A DNA stretch of 64,000 nucleotides from assembly GCA_000320545.1 (NCBI GenBank), contig ADNK01001569.1, positions 1 through 64,000 of the forward strand, in the 5' to 3' direction. Each line of letters opens with the position of its first letter. The first letter of the stretch is position 1. Positions 1-13,048 of this stretch are shown piece by piece. The notes under the pieces are model-generated. The model searched no databases, was not told the DNA's origin, and saw only the letters and a list, made by a program, of their open reading frames with translations. Made by a program: the position numbers and the translations under genes. Source of the stretch: Bigelowiella natans CCMP2755. Taxonomy: Eukaryota; Protista; Cercozoa.

Positions 1-52
1 GTGGAGGGGGGGGGAGAGTAATCATGTATTCATTTTATTTATTCATGCACAG

Positions 53-553
53 ATTAGAAGGAAGGCCTCCTGAGAGCCTAAGATACGCGTATGTAGCGGT
101 ACTAAAAGGGGGGTTATTAGTAGTAATAGCTTGTGGTAGTAGTAGAAGAAGCAGGAGGAGAATTAGTAGCTGAACAGAAAGTAAAGATCATCGTAACTAT
201 ACACCCGCACAACATAATTGCAAGTAGAGCTGCTGTTTCTCTCCTTTACATCCACCCCCCCCCCCCCGGAAAATGCAAAAAACGAACATGCTCTTTCTCT
301 CTCTCTCCACACACACACGCACACACATACAGGCATGCACAGCAGTACGTGTGTTTGTGATGTGTGGTCCGCCTTGATTCAGGGTGTCGTAGCTGACGAT
401 TTCTCCGAGGAATCGGTCTCCACCTTCTATTCTGAATACTTGCAAGGTGTGCATGTGCGCGATTGGATCTGCTCCGTCTTTCACAAGAGCGATGTTGTTG
501 ATTGGGTGCTTCTTGCTCTTGCTGTTGTTATGTCGCACCTGTGCAAGTGCGTG

Positions 554-584
<31 letters not shown>

Positions 585-955
585 TGTATGTGATTGCGTG
601 CAAACGCATATAAATCGCCGATGACACAGCTATACGTCAAAGACGATGAATTTAATCCCTCTCCCCTCTACCCCTCCCTCCTCTCCCTTCTATCTGTCGT
701 TTGCGTGTGGTGTAGGAAAGCTGCATCCTTCGTTCAAATCACAGCCAGATCCTGGGAAGAAGGTGAGAGAATTGACGCTTATGCAAGCGAGGAGGCAAAT
801 CAAACCCACTTAAGTAACCGTAGTAGAGAGGTACATGGGTAGATTTTCCTCCTCCCATTGCTCTAGCTTTCTCCTGTTGTAGCGACATGGTACTATTCGT
901 AGCATTATCATAACGATATGTGGTATTTATATCTCCCTCCCTCTCTCCCTCTCTC

Positions 956-993
<38 letters not shown>

Positions 994-996
994 TGC

Positions 997-1034
<38 letters not shown>

Positions 1035-3066
1035 CTCGTCGTTGCTCAGTGGCAGCATGGGACCGTGATGGAGGTAGTGCACAGCATGCTGGGGAAGAAG
1101 ATCCTGGGATATAATCAGTAAGAATTTTAACAACAATAACAAGAAGAAGAAGAAAATCAAGGAGAAACGTATAGAATAAGATTGCTGGAAAACCATCGCC
1201 TTCTACCATCTCTTCTTTTATTTCTCTCTCTCTCTCTCCCCCCCCCCCTCTCTCGCTTTCTTCCCTTTTGCATGAGTGCGCTTAGCCATCACCCATTCTC
1301 GCCCCCAAATGGGGAAAACAGTGCCCATTTACTGCTGATTGTCTTTGGTTATGCTTTGTATGGTTGGATTTTCACACGCACACAAACACACACACACACG
1401 CACACACGCATTTAGTGGCATGGACGATGTCGTTGGCGATGTTGTGCTTATGGCCTATAAAAACTGGTATTATGAGTCACACAGTAGTAGTAGTAGTAGT
1501 AGTAGTAGCAGTAGTAGTAATAGTGAGTAGTTGTATATGTAGCAGTGATATATCTCTTAAGAAAAAGCTGATAGACTTACTTCGCACATTGTGAAATGTA
1601 CGAGAAGACATACGCAAACAGTATATATGTACATGTACGTATATATACATGTATATATAATGCAAGGTCTCCGAACAAGGACAAGCACAATGCGACAATG
1701 GAAAGACTGGCAACCATTCTAAAGGTACCGATCGTGCCATTAATGATACATGCACACAAGCACAAGCATCGTACGCTAGGAGCGACCAGAAATAGTAGTA
1801 GAGAATATAGCGTGGAATTAGATATCACCCACTCTTTCTCTTCGCTCTTTATCAAATGCATACACACGCAGGATACGGGTATTGTCGTAGCGACTTTTGA
1901 CTCTTACGAGAACTTCTTCGATAATCAAGTCTTCCAAGTGTAAGTTACCCGCAAAAGCAACACGATTCTATAAGCAGCACCCCCAAGGACTTGCAATTTG
2001 CCGCATCAATCCACTTTGATTTTCATGCCCTTTCGCACTCTGCTCTCCTTGCTTCAGGGAGGATGAGCACTGGCAAGAGTGTCGCGTGTATCTTATCGCT
2101 GGAGGTAGGCAATAGGTGTTTTTTAAGAGACGATGAGCCAGAAGTGAATCTTTCATTTTGTTTCCAAAGAATGGATTAACAACATCACGACTCTTTCTTA
2201 TTAACAAACAATACTGTATGCGCGCAGGAGAAGCAACACCGGAAGTGAGAAAGCCTATTCTGGTTGCAGATGGTAGCAAAGAGTCTTCTCTTCCTCTCAC
2301 CCAGGTGATAGCAGCATGTGTTCCATTTGTAGAGAGCGATATGCAATGAAATGAAGCAATTCTGGGAATCTGAAAGAAGAACTAACGATGCTTTCTGCCA
2401 TTCGCGTTTGTGTCTCTGCCAAGATTTGGAATGTCTGACTATATGCATTCATTCTCTGCTGCAAGGGAAATATCCTCAAGCAGCTCAAGGCCAAACTACC
2501 GGAGATTCAACAAGAATGGAACACCGTAAACTCGATGATAGTAGTAGCAGTAGTAGAAACAGCAGTAGTAGCTTTGATGGTGGTGGATCGCCGACATGTG
2601 TGTTTTGTGTATATCTACATGCGAATACAAGAGTTGTGCGTTTTATTGATGATTGAGAAGCCAGAACTGCAGGATACTTAACCATCTGTCATTTGGCATC
2701 AGATCAAAGGCAATGTTGTAGAAGTGCGGCGCCAAGTTGCTGAGGAGAAGGAGAGGAATAAAAAGGAGGCAGAAGAGGCAAAGAAACAGGTAGAGTAAAT
2801 TTATTAATGCAGACTGTTGTATTTTTTAAAAATAAAAAACAAAGCTAGAGCTTTGCACACACTTAGAATTTGGTCAACCGCACAATGAAATCATTTAGGC
2901 TGAAGAAGAAGCAGAGAAGCTCGAAGAAAAACTCAAATTCATTCCAAAGGTACTGCTAGACCAAAGCTGCAACCTCCTCACACCCCACGGCACCGTTCTG
3001 ATTGATGAGTTAATTTTGGATATTCTCCTCCAAGCATATGACGATATATCTCTGCCTCTCTCTCGC

Positions 3067-3115
<49 letters not shown>

Positions 3116-4446
3116 GTGTGTGTGTGTGTGTGTGTGTGTTTGTGTGTGTGTGCATCATAGATCGATTGCACTAAGGACGAAGATAATGGAGTCATCAAGC
3201 AGACTATTAAGGAAGGAACTGGAGATGTGCCAAAAAAGGGCGATCAAGTATGTGTGTGTGTGTGTGTGTGTGTGTGTTTAAGTGTATGCATGTGAGAGTG
3301 TGTGTGAGAGAGGGAGGGGAGGAGGGGGGAAGTGAGGGTGCTTTGCTGTTCTGATGTTGGAGTTCTCCTATTTATGCTAATGGCTAATTAGCTCGGTCAT
3401 TTTAGTATAAAACGGTTAGCTTTATCGTAAAGCACATCATGCCTTTTGAGTTTCACGCCATTAGCTGTGGTAGTAGGTAGAAGTTGCGGTAGTCCAGCAG
3501 CGGTAGTAGTAGTAGTAGTAGAAGTAGTATTTGTAGTAATAGCATTCCTCGATGACGAAAGGGTGTTTCTTCGGTGTGTTATGGGTTCGGCAGATCAGTT
3601 AGTACCTAGATTATCAATGAATGATATCTCTTCCTCTTCCACTCCTCCTCCTCCTCCTCCTCCTACTACTACTACTAATACGACTACTAGGTGGAAGCAC
3701 ACTACACAGGCACTCTGCTAGACGGCACCAAATTTGACTCATCTCGGTGAAAAGCTCTCTTCGGAATTTTGAACGACGACGATCTATATACATGCCAATT
3801 TTGTAAATTTATTTATTTATTTATTCATCTACATGTATATTGTGTGGTTAGGGATAGAGATGAAACCTTCAAGTTCCCCTTAGGAGCCTCCCAGGTGATG
3901 GTTGTGTTCATACACAACAGAATGCTTTTTGTTCCAATGGTATACCAAACAAGTATGTACAAATCATACAGGTTATAAGGTGCTGGGATATGGCCTTTGC
4001 GACGATGAAGGTATGGAGAAGAAGAATAGAAGTTTGTGTGATAAGAAATAAAGAGAATGAGAAAGAAACGTTGCGAGCCGGATTCAGATGATGTTACGAT
4101 TTATAGAGAACATTGACGATTCTGGCTGCTAAGCTAGAGTCATTGCAGGCCGAATTCACAAAAGCGATGTTGTTCATGAGAGGGGGCGAGAATGGAATGT
4201 TTACGCTGTCACAATGCAATCGCTATAATAGCACCTTTCATTTCATTTTTGAAACAAATTCTCTGCTGACAATGTCCTCTCCCTGCCGTGCGAAGCTGAG
4301 CAGAGATTTACATACGGCAAACGTCCGCCAATTCTCCTACTTCTGTTTCATCATTTCATCAACAAAAACACGATCACCGTAATGTCCCTGTCAGGTGGGA
4401 GAGAAAGCTGTTCTAACTTGCCAGGTGAGTATCTCTTCAACTTGAG

Positions 4447-4484
<38 letters not shown>

Positions 4485-4741
4485 ATACTTACGTGCATTA
4501 TTATACATTTGGCATTAATTTTATTATCTGAAACATAACAGCCTGAGTACGCATATGGAGAGCGTGGATCCCCCCCTACAATACCTCCTGATTCTATCCT
4601 AAGGTAGTAACAGTGTAGTGAGGGTCTAGTGATAGTAGTAGTAATAGCAATGGTAGCAGCTGTAGTGGTGATGACATTTGCAGGATTAGTGGTAACCACG
4701 TTACCAAGCAATAACATTGTGCGCTATGAATTGTCCGATCT

Positions 4742-4783
<42 letters not shown>

Positions 4784-4841
4784 CGGATGTAATGAAATGT
4801 TTAAATTTTTCAATGGTCATCCTAATGTAGCTGTGCAATGC

Positions 4842-4885
<44 letters not shown>

Positions 4886-4994
4886 ATATTTATAACGACA
4901 TCTATCTAATGGGCGTTGCATTGTTTGTTGTAGATTCGATGTTGAGTTGGTTTCATTCACCCCATCCGGCAGCAACGACAAGGATGAACTCTAA
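53..4994 (+). CDS. ER-resident PDI-like (redox-inactive thioredoxin fold) + coiled-coil + FKBP-type peptidyl-prolyl isomerase, C-terminal KDEL; multi-exon, 5' end outside window
   Basis: Spliced exons give ...FYSEYLQGKLHPSFKSQPDP (PDI x-linker-like), ...DVVLMAYKNWSPNKDKHNATMERLATILKDTGIVVATFDSYEN (a'-like, no CxxC), then an EK-rich coil. The FKBP domain reads [103 protein letters not shown], then ...NDKDEL* (TAA 4992-4994). Frame across ~1050-1416 is not fully resolved. Confidence 0.88.
931..1032. repeat. Compound (CT)n-(GT)n intronic microsatellite, representative of dozens in the window
   Basis: Read directly from the sequence. Similar tracts at ~3050-3150, 4450-4480, 9080-9110, 10450-10490, 13000-13045, 18220-18260, 34510-34568 and 56330-56372. 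Confidence 0.95.
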
Positions 4995-5901
4995 CCGCAG
5001 TTTTTGCCCAACTTGATGCCCGTCGTATTTTCGCTATATTAAAAAACCAAGCTAAGTACGTACGTAGCAGAAAGTTGTGATTCCTCAATTCATCATAGCA
5101 CATGATATATATATAGCATGTAGTGCGGCCATCTTTGGGTGCGATTTGCACAACTAGCATCTATATATACATCGCATTGCCATATGTGCACAACAACATC
5201 GATCTTGCTAGCCTATCATGCGTACGCGTATGAATGCTATACATATTTAGCAGTTCATGAATATGCGTCCGTCCGTTTTAGTTTGTACGTGCCGCCATGT
5301 CATGTAGCAATGTGCCAATTATTTGTGCTGCAAGCAGCGACGGATCATCGATCGAGCGTCAACTGCGATGTGGCGCATTTCAATATGCCTCATGCATTCG
5401 TCATGCCGAAAGGTAAAAAAGCCTCCGCCACACTGTGAACACGTTCATTTTGCTAACTCTGAACTTAGCTGATATGCTAGCATGCTAGCATGGTGCAATC
5501 TTGCTGGCAATTGTCAACGATTCATTGGACAACATATAAAATGATTAGATCCTATCTGCTACTGAGAGCAGAACACACACATTCAGGGTCGTGATTTCAC
5601 GTCAGTTGTCACGTTGCAATGTTCGTCCTGATCAGATGGGTGGTTTGTCATCCTCATCAATCTGCGCTGCAATTGAAAGACAAAAGAAAGAAACAAGCCA
5701 CACAAAGTTAGGAAGATAAAGATGGCAACGGCGTGAAACATTCGCATCATTGCATGCGTGCATGTTCGATGGCCTTTCATTCCAAAAATCACAGGCGAAC
5801 TCATCATTCTTGGTCGTCACATGGAGACGGCAGTCATTACGAGCATGCATGCATTCGTCATTCTGTTGTGATAAAAAACGTGTGTGTGGTTGCTGTTCTG
5901 G

Positions 5902-6487
5902 TTATATTTGTTGTCGCTCCTTCCACTCTCTATTTTTACCAACGCCACTCTTTGTCGGGCTCTTCTTGCTCCTGTGACTTGAGTTTGCCGAGCGTGTGCT
6001 CAACGTAGTCATACTAGCCTTTGAATTGTCCATGCGAGAGACTTTTTCATCAACGAGTTTGATGACCTGCTCTTTCAGCTTACTGCACTCTGCCGATAGA
6101 CTCTTCTTCTCTGTGTCACTCCGCCTTAGCTTTCCCTCCAACTGCTCACACTTATCACGCAATTCTTCCAGCTCAAACTGCATTTTGCCGTGTCGTACCT
6201 CCTCGGCCTCCTGCATCTTGGAATGAGGCATCTTCTAAGGTGGAAAGGGGAGAGGATATAAAAAGAATAGCGTGGTTAGAAAGGTGTACAGATCATATCC
6301 GGCAAAAAAAGATCATGAAGGATGCTATGAAACACGCCATGCCGGTGTATATTATGCATTGGCAATCCTCCGGGAGGCCCAAAAACAAGATAACGCGAGG
6401 TCGTGAACAAGTACAACAATAAAGGCTCTTTTAGAGAAGGAAGAAAGACCTTTTATTTAAAATAGCTGTGATGTGATGCAAGGTCCA

Positions 6488-6530
<43 letters not shown>

Positions 6531-9500
6531 TTAGCAGCAATCAATAGTGGTGGCAAAATGCTACCATTCTCGGAGTGCCTTTAATTTCATGCAACGAGAC
6601 CATCGTAGGCACTTCCTTATCTTTTTGTGTTAGCTGCCAAAGCTTAGGCCCATACAACGCTCCACACCATGTCCATATTGCGATTGTTCCGAATATGGTG
6701 CGCACATCCAACCTATAAGCACGACTTGACTGAGGGGAGAGGGAGGGGGGAGCGCAAAGATCAGCACATTTCAAATGTTTAGGAGTTCGTAATCTGAAGC
6801 TTTCGAGGAATTTCTTAATCTGAAAAATGTGATTACTCTCGTTCTCAGATAAATAAAAAACACGCCACTTATCTTCTCAACGAACTTTAAAATGATTGTG
6901 CCGCGAACATCTCCATCCATATGAAATGCGTCCATGTATTTGAAAAGCAAAAATTCATCTGAATCTCTAGAGTGTTAGTTACGTTTCCGGTGATTTGCAG
7001 CACAACCATCACGAGGACACAAATGCAGAAGCCGTAAAGAGCAAACGCCATTTGCTGGCTCTCTTTGAACTTGCTCCAGCTCTTTCTCGTCTGGAAGCTC
7101 AGCACTACCAATGAGCTCAAAAGGACCATGCAGTACACCAGCATAATCACTGACCACCTGATGGTGATATTGAGGCGTACAACAAATTTGCTAGGTTAGT
7201 GGAAAAACTGATGTTTTCAAATGGAGGTGTGATTCTAGGAGCACTGGGGATAAAGGACGCAACGAAGCCTTTGTGTTGTTATTGATTGGAGTGAAGTCGT
7301 ACAGAAAAGAGCCTGATCGGCAGGTCGTGTAGTTCTTTGAAGGCCGGATGGGGTCTGTCTCGATTATTTCAGGTGACAGCGGGTCAATGCCTTGCCATAG
7401 AACGAGAATCGCTAAGGTAGGGATCATCAGATATCCGAGGAATTTGAGGAGAGTACCATCGTCAACCTGATAGAATAATAAAGAAGATCATGAATATGAT
7501 GATGATGGTGATAAATGTACACTTGAATATAAATAATAAATAAATATATATATTTTGAATTTCTGTAGATTACCATGCATGATCTCAATATAATATATAT
7601 ATTATATATATATATATATATATATTTAATATGCGATATGCAACTTGCATTACTATGATGCCTCATGACCTTGAGGGAAGTGATATTCACGGCATGCTCC
7701 AGTGTGGAGAATATCTTCATAATTCGCCAAAGCTTAACTGCAATTGGCCCGAAGAACAGCGTGAATCCAATTCCCAAGAGCCAAGGTCGGCAACCACAGG
7801 TTATTTCGTTGTTTTCCAGTCCTAAAAGTATCAGTGACGAAGAACGTCAAATACGGCACGATGCTGGTACAAGTATAATTCTAAGGCCTGACTAAGGGTG
7901 TTCTTCACGGTTTTTCGTGGTAGTAAGCTCACGCTTACAATAAAGCTATGTGCTGATATGTGACATCGTATTCGCATCATGATTATCCATACGGAGTGCT
8001 ATATCACACACAATTAGACACTTCTTTGTCTATCACCCCATGTCAGCATCGAAAGGTCCAGCATCAGGAGGCCAAGCAGCGATAACGTGACGAAGAGGAC
8101 ACTGACAGCTTTGATTACTGGCGGAATTGAGCAGTAGCAGTAACGAGCAACAGAGGGATATTAATGATGAGTACTGCTGTGAGTATTTTCATTCATAGTG
8201 CACTATGCAAGGAAATAAATTCTGACCTGGATCGCCTCGATGTGCTATCAAGATGCCGATGAGAGTCAAGATCATTACGGAGTTTATCACGACCATAGCA
8301 AGCATCACCTTCTCAGACTCCGTGTTGAACAGCTTTTTGGTGTATCTGATTACGATAGAAACATAGAGTCACGACATGGGTTTCGAGGGGGGTCCCTGCC
8401 CTTGGCCCCGCCGTTTAAACAACTACAGAAGAAACAATTGGTACATGGAATTCTCTGCAATCCTATTCGGCACTCATCATGATAAATATCGCCTCCATAA
8501 TCATCAACAATCTTCCATCACCACGGAAAAAAAACGTCCATTACACTCTCTCATCCCAAGTAGGTATGGGGTAAATAACGCCGGAGGTGTCGGTACTCAA
8601 TGGATATACGATTTGAGCGAAGTTGTTTTGGTCGTATTGAATTACAAGCATCTACCCAAAGAATTTAAAACAAACAACGGAAGCAAATGAATAGGGCAAG
8701 AAGAAAATGGGTTAGTCAATCAGTCGATCTGTGCAAATTATACTCAATTCCTTTAAGCCTAAATCAATCACCTCTTTGGCCTCATTCGCTCCAAGACGAC
8801 TTCCTTCAATCAAACCGTAATACGACGGCTGTGAAATGTCATTAAGCGCCTCGAGAGTCTTGTGCGTTGCATTGCTCTGCGCTCGCTCCACAGCATATGC
8901 GAGAGAGTACAGGGTAGCCATTGACCCCGCAGCTTGATACGAGGGTGAGACTCCGGAATACGCACGATATGCAGCATCGAATTCTTCTGGAGCACGCACG
9001 CCGTTGGTTTGATTGAAAAGCCGGATAACCGAAGACGTTGTCTGCTCAGTGCAACCGGAATCGGTGCATCTGTAGAGCGCATGTGTGTGTGTGTGTGTGT
9101 GTGCGCGCGCGCGTGTTTAGAAGCACGTGCAAAGTGAACATAATTGTATCAAAGAGCGTCATTGCAACTAACATCTCTCTCCCACTAACCCCCCCCCCCC
9201 CCCCCTCTCTCTCTGTCTCCTTCACGAACTCTCTACATGGCGTGTGTATTGCCCATTTTGCTTTAGTTGTTCGCTATTATGTGGTTGTTCTATAACAGTT
9301 AGTTAGCCTACCGTGGATCCCACTGTACGGGGCCAGCAATGTAATTGAACTTACTGCCGAGCGTCTCCTCTACGCTCTGCGTGCCAACGCATACAGAGAG
9401 TGCAAGAAAGTTGGGCAGATAGTTGCGGTCATATGCTCGAGTCATGAATTCTGAGCAAGTGCGAAAAAGTAGCAAGACAAATATTTGAATTAGATTCGCA

Positions 9501-10454
9501 AAAGGATATGGAGGCAAAATAATGTTTCTGGTATTTTGTCGTTTAATGGCTGCTGTTATCGAAGTAGAGAGATGGCACCCGTGCACGCGGTGTTGAGAAC
9601 GCATCCAACGACGACGTCAGGCTTATTGGATTCCAACTGCTCGAAAAGCCCTTCGAAGCTGCTATCGCTCGTGTGGTCTAGAGGGTATAGGTCATACACC
9701 TGTACAGCGTAATAGCAAGATGGTGATGGTATCTTTGCTATGTTGAATGACTAATGTTTAAATAGCAGCGAAGCAATAGTATGCTGCTTCCAGATGTAAT
9801 GGGATTTCCATGCAAAACAAGTTTGAAGTACGAAAACAAATGACGCATAAAAAGTGGCGCAACGCAGTGCAACGACTACATCAAAAGCCGACCTTGTCAA
9901 AATCAAAGAAGGAAGCAGAGAGGAAAGCTTGTTCGCACATGGTCTGTGAGAACAGCCCACTTTGGTGGAAGAAAGCAATAGATTCGGCCCCGTTTAGCTT
10001 AGTGAGCTGCACCACAGGTTCCATATACTGCGAACTCAGGTTTATCACCCCAAAGAGTCCCGGAAAACGACGCTGCCCGACCACCTAAAACGAAGGAAGA
10101 AGAAGTAGGAGGAGAGAGAACAGAGGAGTAGGTTGATATCATAGCAAACCCGAGCTGCGGCTACCAGTATGACTTCAACTACCTTGTCGGTACAACCGTA
10201 AGATGCCGCATTTGAAGGCAGGCAGCTGAAGACTGCTTCTGATGCAGCCCCGCCAGCAAGGACAATCTCATCGTAAGGATCGCACGCTATGGCCACTGTT
10301 TGCGTCACTCCAGACGAGAATGGGGAGAGGATGAAGTTGAAGTCGCCTGCAGAGTGGTGATTGGAGCAAAGAGAAGGGTAGATCAATGATAACATACAAC
10401 GCATCAAAAAGGTAACAAGAGAATCCGTGGTTTCATGTACTCTCGCTCCACACA

Positions 10455-10493
<39 letters not shown>

Positions 10494-11086
10494 CTTCTTG
10501 TGTTTGTGTGCTGATGTGGCTTAAATGTAGAAACGTCGTGGTTGCATACAATAATTATCGACGTATTCAATTTTTTTGAATACCGAGGCTGCCTTCACAC
10601 ATAGACCTTGCCACCTGGGTAACGTACGTCGAGTTACTTCCAGACCCAACATCCGCATATGTAAAGTGTATGTCTTCAATCTGAGTGATCCCGCTTACAC
10701 CTATGCGAGCGAAACAAATGACACAATTTCCCTCAATAAGAATCTCCTAAACGCTGATTGGACTGCGCTGACGCACCTGAGTCGGCTAACAGTTGTTGCC
10801 TGAAAATCTGGGTGACGTTATATGTCTCTTGTGCGCGCCACGCCCGTGAACCGACAGATGTCACGTCAGAGCCAGTCGCTCTGAAGAATATTGATGCGTG
10901 TTTGTGTGCTGAAGCCTTCATTGTACACCCGTGCACTCGGTTGTGTGTTTGGATGTTTGCGCATATGCAATTTAACAATTCTTACGTGTAAAGGACTCCC
11001 ACAGAAAGGTTGAAACTGGCATGAACGTTGAGCACATTTGCTGCCAGGCCCAGTAGAAGGAAGAGGACCGAAGGCAGATTATACAT
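5902..11086 (-). CDS. Class C (GABA-B-like) G-protein-coupled receptor: signal peptide, type-1 periplasmic-binding/Venus-flytrap domain, 7TM_3, C-terminal coiled coil; multi-exon
   Basis: ATG 11086 gives MYNLPSVLFLLLGLAANVLNVHA (signal peptide). LivJ-like motifs: FILSPFSSGVT, LAGGAASEAVF, PDVVVGC, GPVQWDP, PSYQAAGSMATLYSLAYAVERAQS, SYYGLI. 7TM_3 motifs: CGCRPWLLGIGFTLFFGPIAVKLWRIMKIF, LVLWQGIDPL, TRKSWSKFKESQQMAFALY, LYGPKL. Coil: QFELEELRDKCEQLEGKLRR... Confidence 0.85.
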
Positions 11087-12095
11087 CCTCTGCAAATTCA
11101 GGTAGACTCAGATCGAATACACAACTTCATCTCCTCCAATTTAAGGAAATAAAGTATAGGGTGTAAGCTAGCGATGCGAATGTTCTGTTGCGGAAAACGG
11201 CAATCTCACCTCTCTATTTGATGTTCAAAAAGGTTCCCAACGGATTCGAGTAGATATCGTGTTCCCTCAAAAATACCTCTCGAATACGAAAACTAAATCA
11301 TATGCCCTCCCTTTCGTTTTCTGATAGTAAAAAGAAAAGATAGTACTTGGGGGGGAGAGGGAGTGCACCACCACGATGTAGGAAGGGAACCGATACTGCG
11401 AGCTGGAAAGCTCTGGTTAATCCAAGACTAATCGTGAGCGATACGGAGATGAAAAGAATGGGGTATATTTAAAGAGACAAATAATATAGATTTAATTTCC
11501 GCAAATACTACGTGTTTTCGCCATCGAATGTAAGTTATATCTCGTAAGGTTTGATCTGAGAATCTGGGGTGGGCAGACCGAGAGACGAATGGCGTTTTTC
11601 TGCCTAACAAGCCTGATTGAATGGAAGCTCCGTGGAAAACCATCGTTGAAATTCGGTTGGAAGGTCAGTTTCTTCCCGTTACAATCCGAAAATTTCCTTG
11701 AAAACCATGGAAACGATGTCTTTACGGCCCAAATCCTATGGATTTTTCCCACCACAGTTCAATTATGGCGTTTTTACCTCAATTTAGAGTGTATACACGC
11801 AGCACACGTGCCTGCGCTCGTATGCATGTATTCGAGTGAAGGAAGATATTGCTCCCATAATTCCACGTCGCGCATAATACAACCAACAATGCATTCCTGT
11901 CAAAATAATACACTAAGAATATCTCTATGCAGCATATTTTTCTTAGGTTCACTGCAGATTTGTTTACCTGCACTACGCAGATAAAAATGAATTTTTATAG
12001 GATGATATATTGAACATTTTTAGTCTTGTTATTGTTGATGAAGGGATGATGAAAAAGATGATGACGATCACGGAGATTCTCCCCCTCCCAATCAG

Positions 12096-13005
12096 ATTCA
12101 TTTGGATGAAGAACTGCTAAATTTTACGAGTATTAATGCATGTACAATAGATGCTGCTGTCGCCAATCTTCTTCTTTTATATTTCCATGGAAGAAAAGAG
12201 CTAATGATGTTGTGGGTGACTAAGTAGTAATCCTGGAATAGTGTTATCTTTCACAATGTTTAAATTAATGTGACATGGAATACTCCACTGCTTCTGAACC
12301 TATCTTTCCACGTGACTGCCAGTTTGTGAGATTTTCAGTCCATAAAAGACTATTCCGAGATGCCGTGGGTGATTCCATTCAAATTGAAGGTGATCCTAAA
12401 AATATCAGTCTCCCTCCTTGGAGAGCATATCTGCATCTATCTTGCACCTGATGCTTTCCCGATGAACAATAGGTGGACTTCTCGAGGGTGAATACATCCC
12501 CTAAGAATAATTCAGAGAAGAAGCAAACGAAGAAGAAGAAGAAGAAGAAAAAAGAGGGTCGAATCCGGAAAAAGTTCCGGGGGTTTGCATCTGATGTTCT
12601 AGAGAAAACAGCATCAATCTTTGCTCGACACGAACAGGTACTGCATCTGCTACTGACTAACACATTGGCGATAGTAACAAATATAATAAAATCATCTTAT
12701 TATCATGCTTATATCGAAGAAAATCCCAACGACAATACAATTTTTTTAGATAACTAACGTCTACAAAACACACACACACGCACATACCTACTGTTATATG
12801 CCCGGTAAGATCGCGGAATCAGAGTTCTTCGTGCTCCAAAAACGAAAGAAGGAAAATTCGAATAAACCTCCCTATCGCATTCTTACACGGCGAAAACCGG
12901 TAACTTGAGACGAAGATAGAGGATTGGAAGATGAAGATGATGATATGATAAAAAGTGAAAGAACGAGAAATATGTATCACTTCGTACAATTTTCCTACCT
13001 TGTGC

Positions 13006-13048
<43 letters not shown>

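Noticed and set aside
133-3158. Many ORF-track entries with HTHTHT, ERERER, CVCVCV, YIYIYI and poly-S/V/H runs (here and throughout)
   Set aside because: These are translations of intronic microsatellites or antisense frames. The real coding sequence is in short GT-AG-bounded exons.
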